The notes under the pieces: model-generated | Databases searched by the model: none | Seen by the model: only the letters and a program-made list of their open reading frames with translations | Told to the model about the DNA's origin: nothing | Shown: positions 11,345-23,630 of the stretch, one piece after another | How the letters are laid out: each line of letters starts with the position of its first letter | Position numbering within the stretch: position 1 is the first letter of the stretch | Made by a program: the position numbers and the translations under genes | Assembly: GCA_015488885.1 (NCBI GenBank) | Contig: WFMW01000031.1 | Location: 5,566-69,565, forward strand | Length of the DNA: 64,000 nucleotides | Direction of reading: 5' to 3' | DNA from: Gammaproteobacteria bacterium | Lineage (GTDB): Bacteria; Pseudomonadota; Gammaproteobacteria; SZUA-229

Positions 11345-11815
11345 ATGAACATTAACCTAACCCTGATTGCACAATCCATAACCTTTGCGTTATTCGTCTG
11401 GTTCTGCATGAGATATGTGTGGCCACCAATTATGACTGCACTGGACACACGGCGTAAAGAAATAGCCGATGGTCTAGCTGCGGCTGAGCGGGGCGTCAAT
11501 GAGCAGGCGCTGGCAGAAAAAAATGCGGCTGAGCATATCAAAAAAGCCAAAACGCAGGCAGCAGATATTGTTGCGCAGGCACAGAAACGGGCTGGTGAAA
11601 TTGTTGAAGAAGCCAAAGGTAATGCAAAAACCGAAGCTCAGCGTATTGTTACCGGCGCCAGTGCTGAGATTGAGCAGGAAGCCAACCGGGCACGAGAGCA
11701 ACTGCGTCAGGAAGTCGTCACCTTAGCCATTGCCGGTGCCGAAAAAGTGCTTAAACGTGAAGTCGATAAAACCGCTCACAGCAGTGCTTTAGATGAACTG
11801 GCGGCACAGCTTTGA
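11345..11815 (+). CDS. atpF: F0F1 ATP synthase subunit b
   Basis: N-terminal TM followed by a long charged helix. Operon position. Confidence 0.9.
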   Translation: MNINLTLIAQSITFALFVWFCMRYVWPPIMTALDTRRKEIADGLAAAERGVNEQALAEKNAAEHIKKAKTQAADIVAQAQKRAGEIVEEAKGNAKTEAQRIVTGASAEIEQEANRAREQLRQEVVTLAIAGAEKVLKREVDKTAHSSALDELAAQL

Positions 11816-11851
11816 TTAACCTTATTCAGATTAACAAAGGTAGATACCACA

Positions 11852-12403
11852 ATGGCTGATTTCTCGACCACAGCTCGCCCCTACGCACATGCTATTTATG
11901 AGCTGGCGGCACAGCAGGCTAAGTCAGATTCAACCAGCCTGCAAAGTTGGGCAGATGCGCTGGCAAATCTAGCTACCGTGGTGAGTAACGCACAGGTAAA
12001 AGCCGTACTGGATAACCCGGATATTGGTCAGCAACGCAAAGCACAATGTGTGGTGCAGATACTGGGTGATAATTTAACGCAACCACAGCAAAATCTGGTG
12101 AGACTGATGGCTGAAAATGCCCGTTTAAAAATCATCCCTGTGGTGGCCGAACAGTATGCAAAGATACAGGCACAGGCAGAAAATAAAATTGAAGCTGAAG
12201 TGATCTCTGCTTTTGATTTAACTGCAGAACAATGCAGCGACCTAACCCATACCTTAAAAAACAAACTTGGTTGTGATATTACCCTGTCAACATCGGTTGA
12301 TAAAAGCCTGATTGGCGGGGTTGTTATCAAGGCCGGGGATACAATTATCGATGCGTCGATGAAATCTCAGCTTGAAACGCTGGCATTGTCATTAGGACGT
12401 TAA
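11852..12403 (+). CDS. atpH: F0F1 ATP synthase subunit delta
   Basis: OSCP family. Operon position. Confidence 0.85.
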   Translation: MADFSTTARPYAHAIYELAAQQAKSDSTSLQSWADALANLATVVSNAQVKAVLDNPDIGQQRKAQCVVQILGDNLTQPQQNLVRLMAENARLKIIPVVAEQYAKIQAQAENKIEAEVISAFDLTAEQCSDLTHTLKNKLGCDITLSTSVDKSLIGGVVIKAGDTIIDASMKSQLETLALSLGR

Positions 12404-12412
12404 GAGGCACAC

Positions 12413-13954
12413 ATGCAACTCAACCCATCAGAAATCAGTGAACTGATTAAATCAAGAATTGAAAACTTTGAAACCAACGTTGAAGCCCGTACTGAAGGTA
12501 CCGTAGTTAGCTTATCCGATGGTATTCTTCGTGTTCATGGACTCGCCGATGCCATGCAGGGGGAGATGATCGAACTGCCCGGAAATACCTATGCAGTGGC
12601 GCTTAACCTTGAGCGAGACTCAGTAGGTGCGGTGATACTTGGTTCATACGGTCATCTCAGCGAAGGTGATACGGCTAAATGTACCGGGCGTATTCTGGAA
12701 GTTCCCATTGGCGAAGCCCTGCTTGGTCGAGTGGTCGATGCGCTGGGAAACCCGATTGATGGCAAGGGCCCGATTGATGCAGTACAAAATGCGCCGATTG
12801 AAAAGATTGCCCCGGGCGTTATCGAACGCAAGTCGGTTGACCAGCCAGTACAGACAGGATTAAAAGCCATTGATGCGATGGTGCCGATTGGTCGAGGTCA
12901 GCGTGAACTGATTATTGGTGATCGTCAAACCGGTAAAACAGCAGTAGCTATTGATGCCATTATCAACCAGACTGGTACCGGGGTGAAATGTATTTATGTT
13001 GCTGTCGGACAGAAAGCCTCAACGGTGGCTAATATCGTACGCAAACTGGAAGAACATGGCGCTATGGCACACACCATTATTGTTGCCGCCACGGCAGCTG
13101 AATCAGCGGCGATGCAGTATATTGCCCCTTATGCCGGGTGCACCATGGGTGAGTTTTTTCGTGACCGGGGTGAGGATGCTTTAATCGTTTATGATGATTT
13201 AACCAAACAGGCCTGGGCTTATCGTCAGGTATCGTTGTTATTACGCCGCCCTCCAGGTCGTGAAGCCTATCCGGGTGATGTGTTTTATCTGCATTCACGT
13301 CTCCTGGAACGCGCTTCGCGAGTGAATGCCGACTATGTTGAAAAATGTACCCATGGTGACGTAAAAGGGAAAACCGGTTCTTTAACCGCCCTGCCCATTA
13401 TTGAAACGCAGGATGGTGACGTATCGGCCTTTGTGCCAACCAATGTTATTTCCATTACCGATGGCCAGATATTCCTTGAGTCCGACCTGTTTAATGCTGG
13501 TATCCGGCCAGCCATTAATGCCGGTTTGTCTGTATCACGTGTAGGTGGTGCCGCACAGACTGCTATCATTAAAAAACTGGGTGGTGGGGTCCGTCTGGCA
13601 TTAGCCCAGTATCGTGAACTGGCTGCATTCGCCCAGTTCGCTTCCGACCTGGACGATGCTACGCGGGCACAGTTAGAATTAGGTGAGCGGGTAACTGAAT
13701 TAATGAAGCAGGCACAGTATTCACCATTATCCATTGCTGAAATGGCTTTTTCACTGTTCGCCGCAAATGAAGGTTTCCTCAACGATGTTGAAGTGAAAAA
13801 AGTTGTTGCCTTTGAAGAGGCGATGCTGGCACACATGAAGAGTAATCACGCTGATCTTATCGAGCAAATCAATGCATCTGGCGATTATAATGCAGATATT
13901 GCTGCACAAATGAAATCGGCGCTGGAAAGCTTCAAGGCTAATGGTGTGTATTAA
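12413..13954 (+). CDS. atpA: F0F1 ATP synthase subunit alpha
   Basis: Walker A GDRQTGKT. 513 aa. Confidence 0.97.
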   Translation: MQLNPSEISELIKSRIENFETNVEARTEGTVVSLSDGILRVHGLADAMQGEMIELPGNTYAVALNLERDSVGAVILGSYGHLSEGDTAKCTGRILEVPIGEALLGRVVDALGNPIDGKGPIDAVQNAPIEKIAPGVIERKSVDQPVQTGLKAIDAMVPIGRGQRELIIGDRQTGKTAVAIDAIINQTGTGVKCIYVAVGQKASTVANIVRKLEEHGAMAHTIIVAATAAESAAMQYIAPYAGCTMGEFFRDRGEDALIVYDDLTKQAWAYRQVSLLLRRPPGREAYPGDVFYLHSRLLERASRVNADYVEKCTHGDVKGKTGSLTALPIIETQDGDVSAFVPTNVISITDGQIFLESDLFNAGIRPAINAGLSVSRVGGAAQTAIIKKLGGGVRLALAQYRELAAFAQFASDLDDATRAQLELGERVTELMKQAQYSPLSIAEMAFSLFAANEGFLNDVEVKKVVAFEEAMLAHMKSNHADLIEQINASGDYNADIAAQMKSALESFKANGVY

Positions 13955-14011
13955 TAACTAATGATCACAATCACCTTAATATATACAACTGGGATAAAAT
14001 AAAGGTAAATC

Positions 14012-14875
14012 ATGGCAGGCGCAAAAGAAATACGCAGTAAGATCAAAAGTGTTCAGAATACACAGAAGATCACCAAAGCTATGGAAATGGTTGCCGCCAG
14101 TAAAATGCGTCGTGCCCAGGATCGGATGCGGGCATCGCGCCCTTATGCAGAAAAAATGCGCAGTGTATTAAGCCATCTGGCCCAGGCACATTGTGAATAT
14201 AAACACCCTTACCTGCAGCATCGTGATGAAGTAAAACGGGTAGGCTATATTATTATTTCGACTGACAGGGGTTTATGTGGGGGCTTGAATACCAATTTAT
14301 TTAAAGCCGCAGTCAGTGAGATGGCTGACTGGCACGATAAAAAAGTTGACATTGATTTATGTGTTATCGGGCGCAAAGCGGCCGGTTTTTTTGCCCGCTT
14401 TGATGGCAATATTATTGCCCAGACGACCAGCCTGGGTGATCAGCCGGCACATGAAGAATTAATCGGTACGGTAAAAGTGATGCTGGATGCTTACGATAAC
14501 GCTACCATCGATCGTTTGTTTCTGGTCAATAATAACTTTATTAATACCATGACACAAACCCCTGACATAATGCAGCTTTTACCTGCCACTGGTCATGCCG
14601 ATACTGAACTGGATCATCACTGGGATTATATCTACGAGCCAGATGCCAAACAGATTATCGATGCCTTAATGATGCGCTTTATTGAATCACAGGTTTATCA
14701 GGGTGTGGTAGAAAATATTGCCTGTGAAATGGCTGCGAGGATGATTGCGATGAAAAGTGCAACCGATAATGCCGCAGATATTATTAAAGAATTACAAACG
14801 GTTTATAACAAGGCGCGGCAAGGTGCAATTACTCAGGAAATTTCTGAAATTGTATCCGGTGCGGCAGCGGTCTAG
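14012..14875 (+). CDS. atpG: F0F1 ATP synthase subunit gamma
   Basis: Conserved N-terminus ([27 protein letters not shown]) and C-terminus. Confidence 0.95.
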   Translation: MAGAKEIRSKIKSVQNTQKITKAMEMVAASKMRRAQDRMRASRPYAEKMRSVLSHLAQAHCEYKHPYLQHRDEVKRVGYIIISTDRGLCGGLNTNLFKAAVSEMADWHDKKVDIDLCVIGRKAAGFFARFDGNIIAQTTSLGDQPAHEELIGTVKVMLDAYDNATIDRLFLVNNNFINTMTQTPDIMQLLPATGHADTELDHHWDYIYEPDAKQIIDALMMRFIESQVYQGVVENIACEMAARMIAMKSATDNAADIIKELQTVYNKARQGAITQEISEIVSGAAAV

Positions 14876-14983
14876 ACCAGTAAAGACAGGCTGAAACAAA
14901 GATAAACGAAACGACTCAACGAGTAGTCAAATGTAACAGTAACTGCTCAGATTAGTACTGAGGCGTTACAGATAAACAACTAA

Positions 14984-16387
<1,404 letters not shown>

Positions 16388-16502
16388 TTGACTGTATTAT
16401 TTTATCAATCAGTATGTTTAACACTTAGCCGCCAGCATTAGTCAGCCATGAAAACTTTTACAGCAATGGCTATTTAGCGATAGAAGAAACAGAGATAAAT
16501 CT

Positions 16503-16922
16503 ATGTCAATGACGATGCATGTCAATATTGTAAGTGCAGAGAAGGAAATTTACTCGGGCACAGTTACTCAGGTATTTGCTCCTGCAGAAAGGGGTGAGGT
16601 TGGTGTTATGCCGCGACATGCCCCCATGTTATCGACGTTAAAAGCAGGGGTTGTCAGGGTAGTGTCGCAGCAAGGTGAAGAACAGACCTTCTTTGTCAGC
16701 GGCGGCATTCTCGAAATTCAACCACACATCGTCACCATTCTCTCTGACACCGCCATGCGTGCTGCCGATATAGATGAAGCCGAGGCACTGCAGGCAAAAG
16801 CCAGAGCCGAAGCGGCAATGACTGATAAGACCTCGACCATGGATTATGCCAAAGCCAAAGCCGAACTGCTTGAAGCAGTAGCACAAATTGAGACACTGAA
16901 AAAACTGCGGAAAAAGAAATAA
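16503..16922 (+). CDS. atpC: F0F1 ATP synthase subunit epsilon
   Basis: 139 aa. Operon position. Confidence 0.9.
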   Translation: MSMTMHVNIVSAEKEIYSGTVTQVFAPAERGEVGVMPRHAPMLSTLKAGVVRVVSQQGEEQTFFVSGGILEIQPHIVTILSDTAMRAADIDEAEALQAKARAEAAMTDKTSTMDYAKAKAELLEAVAQIETLKKLRKKK

Positions 16923-16992
16923 ACCCCTCACGAAACCAGTGGATGCAATGACAACGTTTATATTTTTAAAAGCCGCTGTTATTTTTACAGTA

Positions 16993-17016
16993 ACGATTTT
17001 CAATCGTTCTTTATCA
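16993..17016 (+). terminator. Weak hairpin after atpC: AACGATT-TTC-AATCGTT then CTTTATC
   Basis: 7-bp perfect stem and a T-rich tail. Low stability. Confidence 0.25.
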
Positions 17017-17130
17017 ACCTGTGCACTTCCAGCGCATAGTCGTTAAGTTGCTTTTTTAAAACCTGTACTAACGATAATAAATGAAAAGGCAAGCACTTAC
17101 TGACTCGTTACTGATTATTAACAAACCATT

Positions 17131-18495
17131 ATGAATTTATCTGTCATTATCCTGGCTGCGGGTGCCGGTACCCGTATGCGTTCAGCAAAACCGAAAGTGC
17201 TGCATGAAATTGCTGGCAAGCCTCTGGTTGAACATGTTTATGAACGCAGCCTCGATTTAGCAGCTGAATCTGTACATATTGTTTATGGCCATGGTGGTGA
17301 ACGGTTACGCGAGAAATGCCATCACTTCAACCGGGCAATCTGGTCAGAACAGGCACAACAACTTGGCACTGCACATGCCGTACAGCAAGCAAGTACGAAC
17401 ATAGCGGAAAACAATATTGTACTGGTATTATATGGTGATGTGCCATTAATAAAAACCCAAACCCTGAAAAAATTAGTCACTACAGTCAGCGATAATAACA
17501 TCGCTCTGTTGACGGTTAAGCTTGATAATCCTGATGGTTATGGACGTATTGTGCGTGAGGCGAAAAAAGTGGTGGCAATAGTCGAACAGAAAGATGCCAC
17601 TCACGATCAGCTGACTATCAACGAAGTCAATACCGGTATCCTGGCATTACGTGCTGGTTATTTAAATACCTGCCTGAAAAAAATTGATAATAATAATGCA
17701 CAGGGAGAATATTATTTAACCGATATCATTGCACTGGCAGTGGCCGATGGTCATGAAATTGTCACCACTGAGGCTGTAAACAGCTATGAAGTAGAAGGCG
17801 TGAACGACAGAAAACAACTGGCTCGGCTGGAACGTATTTATCAGGAAGAGCAGGCTGAACGAATTATGGCTGCGGGTGTCACCCTGGCTGATCCATCGCG
17901 CATTGATGTTCGTGGTAAGCTGGTTATTGGTGAGGACGCATTTATTGATGTTAACTGCGTATTTGAAGGTACGGTGGCAATAGGCAACAATGTTAAAATC
18001 GGGCCAGGCTGTGTGATTAGAAGCAGCACTATTGAAGCGGGTTGTATTATTAAACCCTACAGTGTTATAGACGATGCGAAAATAGCCAGTAATGTTGAGG
18101 TTGGTCCGTTTGCCCGTCTGCGTCCGGGCGCTGATTTAAAACACAATAGCCGGGTAGGCAATTTTGTGGAGATAAAAAAATCAGTATTAGGTGAAAACAG
18201 CAAGGCCAGCCATCTGACTTATCTGGGTGATACCGAGGTTGGTAGTAATGTGAATATTGGTGCGGGTACTATTACCTGTAATTATGATGGTGCGAATAAA
18301 TTTAAAACCATTATTGAAGATGGCGCCTTTATCGGTTCGGATACCCAGTTAGTCGCTCCGGTAAGAGTGGGTAAAAATGCGACCATTGGTGCCGGTTCAA
18401 CCATTACCCGCGATACCGAGGCTGATACCTTAACCCTCAGCCGCGTTAACCAGAAAACTGTTACCGGCTGGCAACGTCCGACAAAAAAAAGCTAA
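17131..18495 (+). CDS. glmU: Bifunctional UDP-N-acetylglucosamine pyrophosphorylase / glucosamine-1-phosphate N-acetyltransferase
   Basis: N-terminal LAAGAGTRM nucleotidyltransferase motif. C-terminal left-handed beta-helix hexapeptide repeats. Confidence 0.95.
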   Translation: MNLSVIILAAGAGTRMRSAKPKVLHEIAGKPLVEHVYERSLDLAAESVHIVYGHGGERLREKCHHFNRAIWSEQAQQLGTAHAVQQASTNIAENNIVLVLYGDVPLIKTQTLKKLVTTVSDNNIALLTVKLDNPDGYGRIVREAKKVVAIVEQKDATHDQLTINEVNTGILALRAGYLNTCLKKIDNNNAQGEYYLTDIIALAVADGHEIVTTEAVNSYEVEGVNDRKQLARLERIYQEEQAERIMAAGVTLADPSRIDVRGKLVIGEDAFIDVNCVFEGTVAIGNNVKIGPGCVIRSSTIEAGCIIKPYSVIDDAKIASNVEVGPFARLRPGADLKHNSRVGNFVEIKKSVLGENSKASHLTYLGDTEVGSNVNIGAGTITCNYDGANKFKTIIEDGAFIGSDTQLVAPVRVGKNATIGAGSTITRDTEADTLTLSRVNQKTVTGWQRPTKKS

Positions 18496-18789
18496 AATTT
18501 TAATATTGCGTGTACCGTTGTAAAGCATTCCCATTTTGCCAAACCTCTAAAATGTGTTATTTTTCAGCCAGAATGACAAGAATTAACAGAAAATATGGAA
18601 AAGATTGAATTATTTTATGCACCATAGTTGTGCAATAAGAGCGTAGTTAATTGATTTATATGGGTTTGATGCTTTAAACCCTGATTGCTGATTCTGCTTA
18701 TAAATTGGATAAATTATGCGTAGCTCATTAAAATTAGCCTCCTATGACAGTAGCTGTCGCAAAGCGAGGCAAAGACATTGGCAAGCGTA

Positions 18790-21700
18790 ATGAATCCAGT
18801 AGAAAAATATACATTTCCAGAACGTCGCTCAGTAGATAAACGCCAGGTTGTATTACAGAATATCTGTTTACAGCTAGCCTCGATGGGACATAAATGTCAG
18901 CTCAGTATGAAGCATGGCTATCTCACCGTTGCTGACAGCCTGTTAAAGAACTATTCAGCGCGGCGCCAGCTACTGGCAGAATATCGCAGCCCGGTCGATC
19001 AGCGCATACAGGATTTTCTGAATGATTATCTGCGGCGTAATGGTATTGAACAGGCCATAAAATTACCTGGCGAAACATTTAGTCTTAATGAGGCTGGACT
19101 GGCTCGTGAACTTTCTTTGCCCTATCAGGGTAATCATTATAAATCTGAACTGGTAGAGTCTTACCGGCTGATACAGGGAGTATTGCATAATCCGAAAAAT
19201 GATCGTCGCACCACCTCAGGCGTCTTTCATATTGTTGAGGGCGGGTTGCCAATACCGGCCGATAAAAAAGCGGTACCGGTTGATGTTTATGCCAACCTGC
19301 TTCAGGTTGCTTTAGACCCACCTACCGAATTAATGAGTCTGCCAATAACCAGTGAACTGGAAAAACCGGTAGACATGTGGGTGTCTTTGTTGTTACGTCC
19401 CATTGTACGGCCTGAAATCGAAGCAGTTCTACCGGAAAAAAGTCTGGAAGTACGAATGTTTGCTCCTGGCGGACTGGTATCGAACCTGGATTTTGCAGAA
19501 TCTATTTTTGGTAATGGTGGTGATCCCTTCCTAAGCGAAAATGATGCCGCGCTTGATATCGATCACTGGACCGGGCATAGTGGTTGCATTATTCTGGCAC
19601 CACACTTAACCCTGCTAACAAAAAAAGCGCTGGGCCTGCCTCACCATGATGATGCCAGCGAACGCCAGCGTAGCGAAGGTATGTGCTGGCAACAGGAGGA
19701 TGAACTGTATAACGATGGCCTGGCATTTAAGATTGTGTGCAGGGATATGAACGGTGTTATTGTTACCATTATTGCCGATAACTATTTTGGCTATACAAAA
19801 AAGGAAATTAAATCCCAGATCAGTTATTCAGCTAACCTGTTTGGTGGCGTTGAGGAAGAGCATGCTGGCGGTGCAATTGCCTTCCCACGTTTTAATCTGG
19901 GTATTTATTATAAGCCTAAAATTGAAGATGAGATGAGTGATCATACTTTCAAGCGTTTATGTAAACAGCTTGAAGGCGGCATAGAAATAAAACCCGAGGG
20001 TTATGCGGTTGACCGTCGCTATCCCGATATTATCTATATTCCCGAAGATGCGCATATTGATATGCAGCAACAAACGGTTAGCTGGAGACATAAAGGTGAA
20101 AAAGCCGTCATCAAACTGATGGTCAAACACACCTATATTTACCCTAGTGGTTTTAAAGTGAATATGCTGAAACACCCACAGGCACCAAGCTGGCGGCTGA
20201 TTGGTATTCTTGGTGAAGGCACACATTGCCATAAACCCAGCACAGTTTCTGGCGGGGGTAAATCAGAAATTTCAAAATCCATTCAGGATTCCATGATTTC
20301 TGGCCCGATCTATGTGGGCGATTTTGAAAAAAACCTGAATCAGGTTGAAGCCATTTTTAATTATGATTATTCGAATCGACGGCGGATAAAATCCACCAAT
20401 GACAACCGTGGAGTACTGGATAATAACCGCAGCCTGGGTTCAGTTATACGTCTGTTGACACCTTCTGCCGAAACCTATACCGATGAATATAACCAATGGC
20501 TGGAGCAAATCCCGCAACATATTCTTGCGCTGGTGTACTTAATTAAACGCTTTTACAAACCTTCATGGGGGAAAAACTGGCGCAGGTATTTTTCGGTGGA
20601 TGAAGTTAATGGCCACCCCGGGCACGAACTTAAATATTGTGGCCGTAAACTGGTAACCAGTTATCTGCGTGTTGGTATTCGCGATGACGGTACCTGGCGG
20701 ATCTATAAATTAAGGCAGGACTTTGTTGCCGCAACCAAAATTCAGACCGAGGACGACATTACTGCATCCACGGTTATTCCAGTGAACTATGTGAAGGGGA
20801 AATTAAACAACCATTACTTCAATCCCAGTGTAAAAATAGTCAAGAATTGCGAAAAACGGCTATTTCAGCGACCGGATGAAGCTATTAATCGTGGTCTGGA
20901 CACACAAACAGAACACGACCTTGCTGAAGACAATAATTTTATCTCCAACTTTGAACCCTTTACCCCTGAAGATGCCCGTGATTTAATTGATGATGCCATT
21001 AATTTTCAGAATTATTCAGCACCGATGCAGGCTTTAATTTGCCGTGCAGCGGAGAGTGACAGTGATACTTATTTTGTATCCTCTGCCCATCCCCGTATGG
21101 TAGATGGTAAACCCAGTAAGAATGTACGCTATTTACAGAAACGCCCGGATCTGGTTGACCCCAAAAGTGAATATCTGGCAAAAATAGGGGCTCGACTATC
21201 GCGGGGTCTGTCATTGAATGACCCGGTTTATTTTCCAGTTAACGCAGTGTTACAGGGACGACGTAATAACCCGGGAGATAAGGCCGCCGGGATTCGACCA
21301 CTGGCCGTTTATAATCCGATACATTATCAGGAATTGCCGGAATTATTCATGGACTTAATCTGTAGTTTAACCGGCAAGTCACCATCGACAACGGGTGCCG
21401 GCTCTGAAGGCGCTTTAACCAAAGGCCCGTTTAATGCCCTGTCTACAACTGCCGATTTAAACAATGCGCTGGTGTCATTTATTTTATGTGGTTACGATGG
21501 CTTTTCTTCAGCGGCAGGCTATATCGGTTCACGGCGCCGGGTTGACCACGATATTAGCATGTTAATTCCCGAAATATGGTGCCGTCTGCCTGTTGAACAG
21601 CGAGATCCAGCGTTTCTTATTAAACATGGGCATCTGGAAAAAATGGAAGATTTTGAACATCAGGGCAAAACGGTCTATGCCAGCCGCCTGGGTTATCGAA

Positions 21701-22248
21701 TCACCGAAAAATTTGTCCATGCTTTTTTTGGTAAGGTTTTTGATAGCCCTACCATTGTGTTTGATGAGGAAATGTTACGCCCGGAAATCCAGGATATGGA
21801 TGCTTTTATTGATGGCATTAATAATATCAGCGAGGCTCAGCAAAAAGTTGCCTGCCGTTATATCAATGATGGCTCCATCAATGATGCCTGCCCGCCATTA
21901 AAAGCACTATTATATATTATGGCAGAAGGAAACTATCAGGGAAAAACTATAGATAACCCGGCCATTCGATCCCTGTTCACGCGTGATTACCTGTTAGCCA
22001 GTGACTGGTACATAGAGCGCCTGCAGATTAAACGTCAACGTGATGCTGCGCTGTGGAAAATGAATCGTGACTATATTGAACGTAAAATGGATGAAATTAG
22101 TGAATCTGAAACGGAATTATGGGCAGATCTACAGGGCCGTATTGAAAATGCTGAACAGATGTTAGCCTGGGTAAACAGTGACAGTTATCTGGAGCGACTG
22201 CATGGTACGCTGGGTGCTGACTGGATTCATCGTGAGGATGGATTTTAA
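18790..22248 (+). CDS. Large (1,152-aa) soluble protein of unassigned family. Possibly a PPi-type PEP carboxykinase-class enzyme (hypothesis based on length and context only).
   Basis: Single uninterrupted 3.46-kb ORF, with an ATG at 18790 (the track start at 18778 is TTG). No TM segment, Walker A, Cys cluster or HExxH motif. It occupies the slot usually held by glmS. Confidence 0.6.
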   Translation: MNPVEKYTFPERRSVDKRQVVLQNICLQLASMGHKCQLSMKHGYLTVADSLLKNYSARRQLLAEYRSPVDQRIQDFLNDYLRRNGIEQAIKLPGETFSLNEAGLARELSLPYQGNHYKSELVESYRLIQGVLHNPKNDRRTTSGVFHIVEGGLPIPADKKAVPVDVYANLLQVALDPPTELMSLPITSELEKPVDMWVSLLLRPIVRPEIEAVLPEKSLEVRMFAPGGLVSNLDFAESIFGNGGDPFLSENDAALDIDHWTGHSGCIILAPHLTLLTKKALGLPHHDDASERQRSEGMCWQQEDELYNDGLAFKIVCRDMNGVIVTIIADNYFGYTKKEIKSQISYSANLFGGVEEEHAGGAIAFPRFNLGIYYKPKIEDEMSDHTFKRLCKQLEGGIEIKPEGYAVDRRYPDIIYIPEDAHIDMQQQTVSWRHKGEKAVIKLMVKHTYIYPSGFKVNMLKHPQAPSWRLIGILGEGTHCHKPSTVSGGGKSEISKSIQDSMISGPIYVGDFEKNLNQVEAIFNYDYSNRRRIKSTNDNRGVLDNNRSLGSVIRLLTPSAETYTDEYNQWLEQIPQHILALVYLIKRFYKPSWGKNWRRYFSVDEVNGHPGHELKYCGRKLVTSYLRVGIRDDGTWRIYKLRQDFVAATKIQTEDDITASTVIPVNYVKGKLNNHYFNPSVKIVKNCEKRLFQRPDEAINRGLDTQTEHDLAEDNNFISNFEPFTPEDARDLIDDAINFQNYSAPMQALICRAAESDSDTYFVSSAHPRMVDGKPSKNVRYLQKRPDLVDPKSEYLAKIGARLSRGLSLNDPVYFPVNAVLQGRRNNPGDKAAGIRPLAVYNPIHYQELPELFMDLICSLTGKSPSTTGAGSEGALTKGPFNALSTTADLNNALVSFILCGYDGFSSAAGYIGSRRRVDHDISMLIPEIWCRLPVEQRDPAFLIKHGHLEKMEDFEHQGKTVYASRLGYRITEKFVHAFFGKVFDSPTIVFDEEMLRPEIQDMDAFIDGINNISEAQQKVACRYINDGSINDACPPLKALLYIMAEGNYQGKTIDNPAIRSLFTRDYLLASDWYIERLQIKRQRDAALWKMNRDYIERKMDEISESETELWADLQGRIENAEQMLAWVNSDSYLERLHGTLGADWIHREDGF

Positions 22249-22257
22249 AATTATGAT

Positions 22258-23079
22258 ATGAGTATATTTAACTGGCTTAAGCAACAGCTGTTAAAAAAAA
22301 CATCACATCGTTATACCCTTCCAGAACCACTATGGCAGCAGGCACTGAATAAGGCAGTGTTGCTACAGACATTAACGGATGATGAGCAGTTACGCCTGTC
22401 ACATCTATGTGCACACTTTATCAGCAAAAAGAAATTTACCGGCGTTGACGGGCTGCATGTTAGCGATGAAATGAAAGTGCTGATTGCCGCCCAGGCCTGT
22501 CTATTAATACTTGAGCTGGATTTTTCTTATTTCGATGGCTGGGTGGAAGTTGTGGTTTATCCGGCGGCTTTTTATGTAGAGCATGATGTTAGAGACGCAG
22601 CAGGCGTGGTCAGCAGGCAGGTACAGTTATTAAGCGGTGAGGCATGGTCACGTGGCCAGGTGATTCTGTCATGGCAGGACGTATTACATGATACGCTTGA
22701 ACTCCATGTCGGCCATCAACTGGTATTGCACGAATTTGCTCATAAGCTGGATGCACGTTCCGGCGATACTAATGGTATGCCTCCATTGCATAAAGACATG
22801 AGCAGAGAGCAATGGGCACAGGTATTAAGCCATGCTTACAATCATCTGCTTAAACAGCTTGAGCACCATCATCACGGTTATATTAATGCCTATGCGGCAA
22901 CCAATCCGGCTGAATATTTTGCAGTGTTAACCGAATATTTCTTTACTGCCCCGGCGATTTTAAAACACCACTGTGAACATGTTTATCACCAGCTGGTAAA
23001 ATTTTACCGACAGAACCCCCAGCACAGAGCGTTACCGCATCTGGATAACACCCAGTCATCCCTGAAAAAACATCCATGA
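22258..23079 (+). CDS. mtfA: MtfA (Mlc titration factor A) / peptidase M90 family zinc aminopeptidase
   Basis: HEFAHKLD zinc motif, plus YAATNPAEYFAVLTEYFFTAP, which is near-identical to the E. coli MtfA C-terminal region. 9-bp gap after the large ORF. Confidence 0.8.
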   Translation: MSIFNWLKQQLLKKTSHRYTLPEPLWQQALNKAVLLQTLTDDEQLRLSHLCAHFISKKKFTGVDGLHVSDEMKVLIAAQACLLILELDFSYFDGWVEVVVYPAAFYVEHDVRDAAGVVSRQVQLLSGEAWSRGQVILSWQDVLHDTLELHVGHQLVLHEFAHKLDARSGDTNGMPPLHKDMSREQWAQVLSHAYNHLLKQLEHHHHGYINAYAATNPAEYFAVLTEYFFTAPAILKHHCEHVYHQLVKFYRQNPQHRALPHLDNTQSSLKKHP

Positions 23080-23089
23080 AATAGCCGGG

Positions 23090-23413
23090 TTAAGCTGCAC
23101 TACCAAATGATTTATCAATAGCACCTGCAGGTACATTCAAACCGGCAAGCTTACAACCTTGAGCCACCGGGCCACCAGGTATTATTTGATACAGGTATTT
23201 CATTCCACCCAGATGATGAAATTTTTCATCCAGTGCATCCTTAATCTGGCGCAAGTGCGGGAATTCCACTTTTTTATAATATTCCTGTAGTGCCTGGATT
23301 AAAGCAAGATGATGATCTGTTAATTCAATGCCTAGTTCAGTAGCAACGAGTTTTGCATCATCAGGACTCCAGTCTGTCGGTGCATTGGGATACGATTGCA
23401 TTTTCATATTCAT
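23090..23413 (-). CDS. TusE/DsrC-family sulfur relay protein homologue lacking the terminal (penultimate) cysteine
   Basis: ELTDHHLALIQALQEYY and KYLYQIIPGGPVAQGCKLAGL align with the DsrC/TusE helix and C-terminal arm. CysB is present. The GLPKPTGCV terminus is replaced by GLNVPAGAIDKSFGSAA. Confidence 0.75.
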   Translation of the reverse strand: MNMKMQSYPNAPTDWSPDDAKLVATELGIELTDHHLALIQALQEYYKKVEFPHLRQIKDALDEKFHHLGGMKYLYQIIPGGPVAQGCKLAGLNVPAGAIDKSFGSAA

Positions 23414-23630
23414 CTTTGATTACTCCTCTCATTAATAAACAAAGTTTGTAAGAAAAAATATTATTGATTCATGCCTCTTACTAAGGTTGTGATATGCTCT
23501 GTATATATTAGTTCCCCTGATAGCATTAAATTCAATAGGCCATAGAAAACATATACCACAAGATATTGATTTTTATACCAGAAGCCTGTCCGAGATGCAT
23601 TGGCGTTGTAAGCAAGGGTTATATAAATTT

